Shown here: piece after piece, positions 45,245-55,672 of the stretch
Layout of the letters: each line of letters begins with the position of its first letter
Numbering within the stretch: position 1 is the first letter of the stretch
NCBI GenBank assembly: GCA_963813715.1
Contig: CAWFAK010000007.1
Coordinates: 1,024,001-1,088,000 of the forward strand
DNA length: 64,000 nucleotides
Direction of reading: 5' to 3'
Source: an uncultured Planctomycetaceae bacterium
GTDB lineage: Bacteria > Planctomycetota > Planctomycetia > Planctomycetales > Planctomycetaceae
Notes under the pieces: generated by a model
Told to the model about the DNA's origin: nothing
Seen by the model: only the letters and a program-made list of their open reading frames with translations
The model's database searches: none
Translations under genes and position numbers: made by a program

Positions 45245-47107
45245 TCAATTGCTGGGGTCCATTCTCGTCAGGTTGATCGTCCGTACAACGGACGCCTCAT
45301 CATCTAAAGTTCCGCTCACCAAGCTGGTTTTATCGCCCGCAATGCGGATCACGCCTTCTTGCATTCCGCGCTTGACATAAACCAGATCACGGTCGTCGCC
45401 CCGTGCATGGATAATGCAATCCGGTGGTGTGGCGGTTTCCGCCAGGAAGGTCCCTTCGTGCGGCGCCAGAGAATAGAAGTCCCCCACGAGGGACTCGATC
45501 GAAGCGGCTAAGTCCCGCTGTTGGAAATCTTGATCAATCGTTTTGGGAAGTCGGATGGCACGGGTGGCAATGACCGCGGGGATTCGGGTGATCGCCGAGG
45601 CACCAAAGCGGTCGAACTCCTCACTTCTGTAAGGCATGGCGGTGCGATGGTCGCCGGTGATGAACAGCAGTCCATTCTCAAAAAAACCGCCGGCCGCCAG
45701 CCGATCGTAGAACGTCCCCAGGGCGGCGTCGCATTCGCGTCGAACGGGCGCTTCGCCGTCAACCGCGCTGCCGTCCAACGCCAGGAAGGGCCGGTGACTC
45801 CAGAACGTTTGGATCACGACCAGAAATGGGGCGTGCGCGTTAAGCTGCTCGATCTCTTTCAGGCCAATCTCGTACGCTTTACGGTCTGGCACGGCTCCGA
45901 ACGGGCCGAGGACCTTCAGCGCTTTGAATCGCGGATCCTCACCTCCAACGATTCTTTGAAAACCAACCTCCTTCAGCCATTCCCTCTGCCCCAGACAGTC
46001 AAGATCGCCCGCTCCGATGAACTCGGTCTGATAGCCGAGCCGGGCGACCGTCTGCGGCAGCGCTCGCGAAAGCTTCGGGTAATCGTTCAGCCGAGGTGAG
46101 CCCGCAAAGTTCCATTTGGCCTGTTCGGGCGGTATCGGAAACTGTCGCCCCAGCAGACTGACTAGCCCACCAATTGTCGTCCAGCCGTTTGCGTGAAAAT
46201 TCGTCAGAGCCGTTTCGCGTCGGGCGATTTCGTCGAGCCTTGGCGTCCAGTTCTCGACGCCGGAAAAAAAGTCCGAATGAAACGCCGACAGACTTTCAAT
46301 CATGACGACAATCACGTTGACGCGTTTATGTCGTCCCGGCTTTACGATCGGCGGGATGGGTGCCGCGGCTTCCAGTTCGGCGCGGAAGGCGACGCTGAAG
46401 CCCTGCCGCACAAAACAATCTTTATTCCGCTCGACGACGTTTTCGTAAAGCGGCTTGTCGTTCGGGCAATAAAAGTAGGGGGATGCGGGGAAAATGTAAG
46501 TCGCCAGCGGGAGGGCTGTAAGCGGCAGCAACCATCGCGGGTGGTGAGACCCCAGCAGGGGCTTCGTCATTAAATGGACTGAGGCTCTCGCCAAAATCAG
46601 CGCAGCTCCGAGCAATGCGAGCAGCTTCAAAGGATTGGAGTGAAGCACCGCTTTCGACCCGGAATTTGACCATAATCCGACCATATGCAAGTCAGATGAG
46701 AACGTGACGACGTCATGAACATAGAGCCGGGTGTTGAAATAGTGGTAGACGAACACGTCGAAGACATAGATGAAGATCACTGCGAGACAAAGGCAGAGAC
46801 ACAGCCTTGCGAGGATAGCGCGCGAGAGTCCGGCCCCCGACTTGAGCACCGCGGCCAATGAGTAGAGAACAAACACGGCAGCGAAAATCCCCGAATCGCG
46901 TTTGACGATCGACAGGAAAAGCGGGCCGGCGGCTCCCGGACTCATCAATTGAAACCGGTGCAACAGAGCGCCGATCAAAAGCACGATGAAGGCCGGTTCC
47001 GGACGGGAAGCGAGTTGCCGAAGGCGACGGGGCAGCGTGGGGGAGACACCGCCGACAGACGCTGCCAGAGTCGGACTCGGCACGGCCACGCGGAGGTCGC
47101 GATTCAT
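45245..47107 (-). CDS. LtaS/OpgB-like membrane sulfatase-fold phosphotransferase
   Basis: Five N-terminal TMs; NVIVVMIESL, GWTTIGG (Thr nucleophile), TFWSHRPF, ITGDH. Confidence 0.8.
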   Translation of the reverse strand: MNRDLRVAVPSPTLAASVGGVSPTLPRRLRQLASRPEPAFIVLLIGALLHRFQLMSPGAAGPLFLSIVKRDSGIFAAVFVLYSLAAVLKSGAGLSRAILARLCLCLCLAVIFIYVFDVFVYHYFNTRLYVHDVVTFSSDLHMVGLWSNSGSKAVLHSNPLKLLALLGAALILARASVHLMTKPLLGSHHPRWLLPLTALPLATYIFPASPYFYCPNDKPLYENVVERNKDCFVRQGFSVAFRAELEAAAPIPPIVKPGRHKRVNVIVVMIESLSAFHSDFFSGVENWTPRLDEIARRETALTNFHANGWTTIGGLVSLLGRQFPIPPEQAKWNFAGSPRLNDYPKLSRALPQTVARLGYQTEFIGAGDLDCLGQREWLKEVGFQRIVGGEDPRFKALKVLGPFGAVPDRKAYEIGLKEIEQLNAHAPFLVVIQTFWSHRPFLALDGSAVDGEAPVRRECDAALGTFYDRLAAGGFFENGLLFITGDHRTAMPYRSEEFDRFGASAITRIPAVIATRAIRLPKTIDQDFQQRDLAASIESLVGDFYSLAPHEGTFLAETATPPDCIIHARGDDRDLVYVKRGMQEGVIRIAGDKTSLVSGTLDDEASVVRTINLTRMDPSN

Positions 47108-48395
47108 CACTCGACCTCCACGCGCGGAATCGGCACCACAAAACGTCCTCCCCATTGTCGGACATAAGCCAGTTGCCGCTTGATCTCGTCCTGCAGGTTC
47201 CAGGGCAGGATCAGCACGTAATCAGGTCGTGTTTCCCGGATCCTGTCGGGGTGGTGAATGGGGATGTGCGTTCCCGGCAGAAATTTTCCTTGCTTGTACG
47301 GGTTGCGATCAACGGTGTACTCGAGCAGGTCGCTCCGCACGCCGCAGTAGTTGAGCAATGTGTTCCCTTTTCCGGGAGCCCCGTAGCCGGCGACCGACTT
47401 GCCGGCATTCTTCGCCTCGATCAGAAACGATAAGAGGGCCCGCTTGGTCTTGTTCACTTCGGCGGCGAAGTCGGCGTAACTCTCCAACCGCGTGAGGCCC
47501 GCCTCGGCCTCGCGCGATCGCAGCGCCCCCACGCTCTCTTTCACAGGGCGAGATTCGTTCTCCGCGTGTCGGGCAAAAATCCGTAGCGAGCCGCCGTGCG
47601 TCGGCAGCTCTTCGACGTCGAAGAGCGTCAGTCCGTGAGCGGCGAAGATCCGCTCAGCCGTGGTCAGCGAAAAGTAGGAAAAGTGCTCGTGATAAACCTG
47701 GTCGAACTGCATGCCCTGCATGGTCCGCAACAGGTGGGGGAATTCGACCGTCACGACGCCGTCAGCCGCCAACAGGATTTTGATACCGCCGACGAAGTCG
47801 TTGAGGTCGGGAACCTGGGCCAGGACGTTGTTGCCCACGATTAGGTCGGCCCGCTTGCCGGCCGCGGCCAGTTCGCGGGCTAGCGCCTGCCGAAAAACTT
47901 GACGAGCGTCGGCACGCCCTCGCGATTGGCCACGTCAGCGATATTCGCAGCGGGTTCGATCCCCAGGCAGGGAATTTCGCGGGCCACGAAATGTTTGAGC
48001 AGGTAGCCGTCGTTGCTGGCCAGTTCGACGACGTGGCTCGCCGGACCCAACCGCAGCCGCTCGATCATCTCTTCCGTGTAAAGCCGTGCGTGCTCAACCC
48101 AACTCGTCGAGTACGACGAGAAGTAGGCATACTCGCTGAAGATGTGCTCGGCGCTCACGAATTCTTCGAGCTGTACCAGGAAGCATTCGCCGCAGACATA
48201 CGCGTGCAGCGGGTAGAACGGCTCCATCTGGTTGAGCTGCTCGCGGCTCAAGTAGCTTTCGCACAACGGCGACATCCCCAGGTCGACGAACGTCGCGCTC
48301 AGCGGAGCCGCGCAGAAGCGGCACCGCGCCGACGCCGTTTTGCCGGTGCCGCCCGTTGTTTTGCTCGCTGTTTCGATGGCGTGAGCGATGCTCAA
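47107..48395 (-). CDS. NDP-hexose C-methyltransferase (frameshift ~47885)
   Basis: CRFC...CGECFLVQL zinc site, ELASNDGYLL, DQVYHEHFSY, HGGSLR, GYGAPGKGNTLLNY, ILPWN. Confidence 0.92.
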
Positions 48396-48405
48396 TTACC
48401 TTTCC

Positions 48406-49317
48406 TCAGCCGCGCAGGTTGCTCGCGAGTTCATTCCAGAGCATCCGCCGGTAAGAAACCGACCTTCTCAGCAGGTAACGACAGATTCTGACCTTTTCCG
48501 GAATTCCGATTGGCGAACGCAAAACTGCCTGGAAATACCCGAAGAAGGATCTCCACGTCGGCCAGTACCAGCGCGACGTCGAATTGGGAGAGCAAAGCTT
48601 CAGGTTCTCGCGATTGCTGCGCAGTTTTGTCGCCGTGCCCGGCGCCTCGCGCCGGTAAAACAGGACTTGGGGCACCTCGCAGAACTGCCCATACAGCGCC
48701 AGTTCCGCGATCATGACCATGTCGGCAGCAGGATAAGGCTGCTCCAGCATGGTTTGACGCAGACTCTCCGATCGGAAGAGCCCCGCGTGCACGTTGTTGT
48801 AGTAGGAATGGTCAACGACGTGGCGGAATCGTCGACTGGGACGGGAGTCGTCAATGACCAGGTTTTCCTCGAAAGCGCTCAGGATCCGGCCGTCCTGATC
48901 GATCGCCATCGTCTTGCCAAAACAGAGCACGACTTCTGGGCGCTCGTCCAGAACTTTTTTGCACACTTTCAGGAGATCGCGGTCGCAGACGTCATTGTCG
49001 GCGGCCCACTTGAAATATTGCCCTCTCGCTTGCTCAAAAACAAAATTGAAGTTCCGGGGCGCTCCGACGTTCGTGGGCTGTCGGAAATAACGGATGCGGG
49101 GATCCTTTCCGGCAACCTCCTGGCAGATCTCAGGCGTACGATCGTCCGACGCGTTGTCGGAGATGACTAGCTCGAAGTCCGAAAAACTCTGGCCGAGAAT
49201 CGACTCAAGCACCGGGACAATGTATTTTTCCCCATTAAAAACCGGCATTCCGATGCTAACAGGTGGGGGCATGCGGCGCTGCGCGTTCGGGCAAGCGATC
49301 ATTTCGACCGGCATCAA
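48406..49317 (-). CDS. GT2 glycosyltransferase
   Basis: VSIGMPVFNGE, ISDNASDD, YFKWAADND. Confidence 0.92.
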   Translation of the reverse strand: MMPVEMIACPNAQRRMPPPVSIGMPVFNGEKYIVPVLESILGQSFSDFELVISDNASDDRTPEICQEVAGKDPRIRYFRQPTNVGAPRNFNFVFEQARGQYFKWAADNDVCDRDLLKVCKKVLDERPEVVLCFGKTMAIDQDGRILSAFEENLVIDDSRPSRRFRHVVDHSYYNNVHAGLFRSESLRQTMLEQPYPAADMVMIAELALYGQFCEVPQVLFYRREAPGTATKLRSNRENLKLCSPNSTSRWYWPTWRSFFGYFQAVLRSPIGIPEKVRICRYLLRRSVSYRRMLWNELASNLRG

Positions 49318-49364
49318 GGCTTCATCCGCAAACCGCCAGCTCGCGTTTCACGCAGGCCCCCTTT

Positions 49365-50313
49365 TTACGCAGGCACCGGGCCGCCGGTACGATTTGCGGC
49401 CTCGGGCATGTAGATCAACTCGCCGTCCGCAGGCGGCCGTTCGTCGTAAAGAGCGGCGGTCTCGTCGGGCAGTCGGGCGTAATCGCTCCCTCGCAAAAAG
49501 TCTCTCAAGGTCGTCCCTGTGCATGCCGAATCGATCAGCGGTGCGCACCCGCCGAGCCAATACGTCGTCCAGGTGGACGGTCCTGAAATCGATGCTGAAC
49601 CGCGTGAGGCCCGACGTGTTTCGAAACCGTCGAATGCATCTGGGCACGGAGAAGATGACAAGTCCTCCCGCCTCGCACACGATCCGAAGTTGCGAGTCAA
49701 GTTCGAGGGCTTCCTCGGCCTGGGGTTGTTTTCGCGTGTCGACCTTGATCTGCTTCGAAGCCTCCCGCCGGCTTTCTTTGTTCCATTTGTAGTAGTCGTA
49801 TTCCCGCGAACTGTTTCGAACCGCCTGGCCCCAATACTTCGGATGGAAGGCCATGGTATTTTCTTTCCGGATGTCGAAGACGGGCAGCCACCAATTCAAT
49901 TGACAGGGGGGCGCGGAGAACCAGGTGTCGCGGTGCGGGTGAAAGGCATAGGCGAGCCCCGCGGTCAGGTAGTCGTCGGGCGCCATGGTTCGCAGGCGAG
50001 GCACGTCAAAATAGGTTTTTTCGAGATCGCAGTCTAAGTCAGTCAAGAGGCCCTGAATCAGCTCTTTCGAGCGCGGGTGGTGGATGAACTTCGGTTTGAG
50101 CACGGCCAGGATCTCGACATATTGCTCGACCGGAATAAAGCGGTGCGCGACCTCCGGATCGTGCGGAGCGAACGCGTCCCGCGCTAGCTCGCTGGCGAAC
50201 TGGCAAAGCTCCAGCGACCGGCGCGTCGCTGAGTAAACCACTAATTGCCCTTCGTACAACAGCTCCCGCCGTTCGTTGTCATCGGTCTTGGCATTGAAAA
50301 AGATCGTGTTCAT
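49365..50313 (-). CDS. Hypothetical protein, probable Fe(II)/2-oxoglutarate oxygenase fold (frameshifts ~49650, ~49620, ~49550)
   Basis: HPHRDTW, LNWWLPV, restored AQMHSTV, TRFSIDFR. Confidence 0.65.
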
Positions 50314-50355
50314 CGTTCACCTCGCCCAAGTTTGTCGAAGCTCACTCGCCGGAGA

Positions 50356-51000
50356 TCATTGCGTGCCGTCCGCCTGCCGCTCACCGATCACGCGGCATGG
50401 TGAGCCGCCCGCGATGACGCCGGCCGGCACGTCGTGCGTGACCACGCTGCCGGCGGCCACCACTGCGCCACGGCGTACAATCACCCCCGGCAGCACAACG
50501 GCCCGGGCCGCCACCCAGGCGGCCTCTTCGATCACGATCGGCTTCACGATCAGGTCAAACGTCACCCGGCGATGGTCGTGGCTGCCCGTGCACAAGTAAG
50601 CCCCCTGGGAGATGCAGGCGTCCTCAGCCACTTCGACGTCGGCCAGGTTGTCGATCCAAACGTCCTCGCCGATCCAACAATGCGCGCCCAGTCGCAGTCG
50701 CCAGGGGAACTTGATCCGTACATGCGGCTTGATCACCGCCCCGGCGCCCACCGCAGCCCCGAAGCGACGCAGCAGCCAGCACTTGATACCGTAAAGTGGC
50801 ATCCATCCCGACTGAAAGACGACGAGACTCGCCACGTACCACAACACGCGGATGAGCGGCCCGCGGCCCGGACTGTAATCCTTTGGCGGTGAATAGGCCG
50901 ACAGGGATGCCCACTGCGCTCGCGGCACGGTGAGCAGCGAGTCGCCCGACGGCGAGGCAACCGCCGGATCGAGCGTCGTCGGATCGTCCGTCGCCGTCAC
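50356..51000 (-). CDS. wcaF: WcaF-like hexapeptide-repeat acetyltransferase
   Basis: LLRRFGA, IKFPWRL, WIGEDVWIDNL, ISQGAYLCTGSHD. Confidence 0.88.
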   Translation of the reverse strand: MTATDDPTTLDPAVASPSGDSLLTVPRAQWASLSAYSPPKDYSPGRGPLIRVLWYVASLVVFQSGWMPLYGIKCWLLRRFGAAVGAGAVIKPHVRIKFPWRLRLGAHCWIGEDVWIDNLADVEVAEDACISQGAYLCTGSHDHRRVTFDLIVKPIVIEEAAWVAARAVVLPGVIVRRGAVVAAGSVVTHDVPAGVIAGGSPCRVIGERQADGTQ

Positions 51001-51010
51001 GTTGCGCGGT

Positions 51011-52190
51011 TCAAGAGACAAGAGCGGGCTTTCCGTGCGGTGCACGCACCGATTCGTAGATCGTTTCAAGCCGCGCGGCGGTCGTCGCCCAGTTGAATCG
51101 TTCTGACAGCAATTCTTTGCCTGCAGGAGCCGCGGCCCGCCGCCACTCGGCGTCGTCCAGGCAGGCGCCGAGCGCGGTCGTCACGGAACTCAACTCGGGC
51201 TCGCAGTCGCGGCCGACCCCGGCATCAACGAGGTCCTTCCACAAGTTGACCCGCCGGCTCAACAGGACGGGCAATCCGCTCTGGACGGCGTCGACGGCCG
51301 CCAGCGCGAAGTTCTCCTGGTACGAGGGAAGAATGAAGAGGTCGCTCGCGGCCATCGCCGCCCATTTGTCGCGGCCATAAAGCACGCCGGTGAAAGTTAC
51401 GGCACCGTCGAGACCGCGCCGCGACACCTCCTCCCGAATCGATTGGACGTACGCCGGGTCGCCCGGCCCGACCAGGAGCAAATGCGTCTGTGGGCGTTGC
51501 CGCCGCACAGCATCGAACGCGGGGATCAACAGATCGAGCCCCTTCTTCGAGTGCAGCCGCCCGAGAAACAGCACGACGGTCCGCCCTCCCAGCTCGGCGT
51601 GCCGGTTGAGGAACTCGTCGCGCAGCTCGGCGCGGGCAATCGGGCGGCGACTCGGTTCCCAGCTCGACGATGTGACCCTGTGGCAGTCCGGGGCACGTGA
51701 TGGCCGCCAGCCGTTCTTCTTCGGGGTGCGTGTAGCACATACCGCTGGCCCGCCGCAGCAGGGGCCACTCGAGCAGACGTCCATAGCACTGTTTCTTGAG
51801 CCAGCCCCGCTTCACCGAATACGGATCGAGCATGCCGTGCGGCATCACGAGGAACGGAACCTGCGCCGCGAGGCTGGCACGGGCCGCGGCCAGGCTCGCG
51901 AACGTCCACAGCGTGTGCGCATGAACGACGTCGCTTTCGCGCACGCCGGAGCGGATCGCCGAGCGGAATTGCGAGCCGAAGCAGTAGCCACCGCGAGTGG
52001 GAAAGACTTCGAGTTCGTAGGACCGCGCTTCGGCCGTCCGCCAACCGTTCTGGCCCTGGCTGAAGAAATCGGTCGTCAACACGCGGACCTGGTGGCCGCG
52101 CACCGCCAGCTCGCGGGACAACCGGTCGACGACGACGGGCGGACCGCCCGCGGCCGGATGCATGTACGGAATGACGTGCGTGATTCTCAT
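51011..52190 (-). CDS. GT4 glycosyltransferase (frameshift ~51640)
   Basis: GGPPVVV, MPHGMLDP, FLGRLHSKKGLD, LPSYQENF. Confidence 0.9.
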
Positions 52191-53297
52191 GCGTGACCGT
52201 TGCCGTTAAAGGTGCTGCGCAACAGCTCGTCGTATTGGCCGGCGACGGCGCTCGGTGAACAGCGGGTCGCGACGAGCGAGCGCATCGCGTTCCCCTGCTC
52301 CGCGGCCAGCTGCGGCGATTCGAGCAGCCGGACGCAGCGATCGGCCAGCGCGTCGAAATCGTGGCTGCCTAGCACGCTCTCGCTGCCGAGGACCTCGCTC
52401 AAACCGCCGTTCAATACCGACGCGACCACCGGCACCGCGTGCGAGGCGGCCTCCAGGCATGTGAGCCCCATTGCGTCCCAATCGGAATTGAACTCGAGCA
52501 CGTCGATCGAGTGATAAAAGTCGGTCAGGTCGGTCTGCCAGCCCAGCCAGTGAATCCGCGAAGCCACGCCCAGCTCGCCGGCCAGTCGCTCGAGAGCGGC
52601 CCGTTCGACCCCGTCGCCGGCAATCACAAATTCGGCGTTCGGGCAGCGCGCGGCCACGCGCGAAGCGACTTGCAAGAAGACGTCGAAGCGTTTCCGAGCA
52701 ATGAGCCAACCCGCGTTGCCGATCAAGCCGCGACTTGAGCGGCAGACCGAGCCGTTGCCGCGCCGCCTGCTTTTCACCGGGCTCCGGCAGATCGGGCACC
52801 GTCAGCGGGTACATGATCGTCCGCGTCTTGCCGACGAGCGACGGGTAGAGAGCCTCCGCCTCGTGCCGAATGTAGTCGGAACAGAATGTGACGAACTGAA
52901 ATCGCGAATGAACCATCGCGTACATCCGCCGCCACGACCAATCCGGCTTGACCCCCCGGTGGTGGTAATGCACCGAGAGAATCCGATGCCCGCGGCACGC
53001 CGGCGCGACGGCCAGCACGCCCGAGAGGGTCGGCCCGTGCATGATCAGGCTGTCGGCCTGCAGCTTGCGAAACGTGCGCCGCACGCTGAGGTGCGAACGC
53101 CAGCCGAAGCGGCCTCGATAGTCGAGGGCCGTCACCGGGATGTTTTCCGCTTCGAGCTTGGGGACGAACCTGCCGGCCGGATGCATCGAAACGACTTCAG
53201 ACGAATGCCCATAAGGGCGCAGCGCCTGCATCAGCCGAAAGGCCCCCTGCTCGGTGCCCCCCAGGTTCGTACACTGCAAAACGTTCAGGACGTGCAT
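52187..53297 (-). CDS. GT4 glycosyltransferase (frameshift ~52735)
   Basis: MHVLNVLQCTNLGGTEQ; GNAGWLIARKRFD; DAMGLTCLEA. Confidence 0.87.
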
Positions 53298-54506
53298 CAG
53301 CGTTCGTTCACAATCGGGCCGATTCGCGGCGGGCACAGAATTCGTGATCGGGGCAGACCTCGGCGAAGAGACGCACCCAACGCTCGACGATTGCGGAGGG
53401 CCGAATCTCTTGCGCAGCTGACGCGATGCTTGCGACATTCGCCTCAGCGTGGCGGGCGACTCGAGCACGCGGAACATCGCGTCGGCCAGTGCCGTAGCGT
53501 CCCCGGCGGGTACGACGTAACCGTTTTCATCAGGTCGCACGAGCTCGGCCGCGGCGCCGACCGCGTCCGACGCGACGACCGGCAGCGCGGCCGCGATCGC
53601 CTGGTTGATGACCACGCCCCAGCCGTCGTGCCGCGACGGAAGGACGAACAAGTCGGCCCGGGCAAAGTACGGCGGCAGTTCGGCCACGGGATGAAAACCG
53701 GCGAATGTCACCCGCTCGCGCAGCCGCGGGTCGAGGCGGGCAATCAACGTGTCCTTCAATGGACCAGTCCCGACGAGCGACAACGTGGCGTCCGGCAGCT
53801 TATCCGCCACGCGAGCGAATGCCTCGAGCAGCACGTCGATCCCTTTGCGCTCGATCAGCTGGCCGCAATACAAGATCGATCGCGTGCCCCGCGTGCCTCG
53901 GTCGGACGCGTCGATCGCGAAATAGTCTTCCACTTCACAGCAGTAGGGTGTGTTGTGAATCGGACAGGCAGCGTCGGCACTCTTCGCATAGGCCTGTTGC
54001 GCCAACTGACCGATCGCGGCAATCCCTGCAGGTCCGCGGAGCGCGCGGCCCAGGGCGAACTGCCGCAACGAACCGAGCAGTCGATTGCGACCCCGCACAC
54101 CGGGACGCTCGGCCCAAAAGATCCAGGGCAGCCCGCTTTTCCGCAGACGATTCATCACGAGATGGCAGGTGACGCTGGTGTAGCCGGCGACGACAACCAC
54201 GTCGGGCTTCCAAGAGGCGATCGTCCGCCACGCGCCCGGATTGATGTGAGTGCGAATGCCGGCGACCTGAAAGCCGCGACCCGGTAAAAAGCTCGCGTAG
54301 TCCGGCAGCGACACGCGCCCCCAATAGGTGTCGGGCGCGCTTTGCTCCATGTAAAAGACGCGCGGCTCGATCCGCCCATCGGTCCGAATGGCCTCGAAGA
54401 GATCCTGCACGTACGGCGACGGCATCAACGTCAAAAATGCGGCCCGCAACCGGCGCGGAAAGCCCGCGTCGCGCGATTGACAAACGGCAGTGGCCAGATG
54501 CGACAT
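53297..54506 (-). CDS. GT4 glycosyltransferase (frameshift ~53395)
   Basis: PSPY, YCGQLIERKG, LPSRHDGWGVVINQA; TGATG junction at 53295-53299. Confidence 0.88.
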
Positions 54507-54528
54507 GACGGAAGCGTGTGTGTAGAGA

Positions 54529-55631
54529 CTACCGGGCAGCGGGTGGCAGGCTTAGTGAATCGAGTCTTGCGGGTGCAAGTTCTTGTGACACGGTTGCGAC
54601 AGGCAGCGCGGACGATTCGGCAGGCATCGCGACCGGGCCGCCCGCGCGCGCCTCGCGAATCCGCCGCAGTGTTCCCCGTTGATATTCGCGACGCGTTTTC
54701 ATCCACCGAGCGAAATCGGGCCGCGAGATCGACCGCCGTTCGCTCAGAAACCGCGGGAACCACCAGAGCGCGGCGAGCGCTCCACGGGCGGCGACCAGCG
54801 GGCGGCGCCGCGCGAGCACCTTCAGAACGTCCGCGACCAGCAACAGCGGATACCACGCCAGCACGTCCGGCAGCGGCACCCGCAGCAGAAACGCCCCCGG
54901 GTGCATCACGATTTGCGCGACGTGGTAAACGGCTCCGGGGTCGTTCTTCCGGCCGTGCATCACTTGCTCGTGGATCACCGGCACGTGCGGGTAATAGTGG
55001 ATCTCTTTGCCCAGGCCGAAGAAGCCCAGGCTCAGCGGCAGCTCTTCGCCGTAGAGGTAGTATTTTTCATAGTAGCCGCCGGCCTGCAGGTAATCGGTGC
55101 GGCGAAACATGACTGCGCACGCGATGAACGTGTAGGCCGGGCAGATTTCGGTGCCGTCGAATTGCGGGTTGCGCGGCCCCGCTCGTCGAGCTGGCGAAAC
55201 GCGAGACAGGCCACCTGCGGATTCGTTTCGAGGTATTCGACGGCTCCGGTCAACCCGGCCGTTTCGGCGAAGCGACTGTCGTCGTCGTGAAAGACGACAT
55301 ACTTTCCGCGGGCCGAGGCGACCATCAGATTGCGGACCATGGGCAACGGCAGCGGCGCGAACGTCTTCACGCACTTGACCGTCGGATAGGCCTCCACTAG
55401 CCACTGGAAGATTTCATCTGTCGGCGAATTGTCGACGACGAGAATTTCGACAGGCCGGTACGCCAGCGCGAGCACACTCTCGATCCCCTTGATCAAGAGC
55501 TCGCGCCGCATCCAGGCGACGAACGTGACCGTCACCAAGGGACGTTCAGCGTCCGACGACGCAGGCGTTTCCCGGAGCACATCGGTGTCGCGGGTCAGTG
55601 ATTCAATGCTTGTGGGAGAAATGACAGTCAC
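54529..55631 (-). CDS. GT2 glycosyltransferase (frameshift ~55190)
   Basis: LVVDNSPTD, RNL...GKYVVFHDDD, GGYYEKYYLYGEE. Confidence 0.88.
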
Positions 55632-55672
55632 GCTTGGCGTTCAGCAGTTGAAACGAGTCGAGCGAACAAGAG

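Noticed and set aside
52206..54506. 766-aa double GT4 fusion
   Set aside because: A TGATG junction at 53295-53299 shows two genes joined by a frameshift
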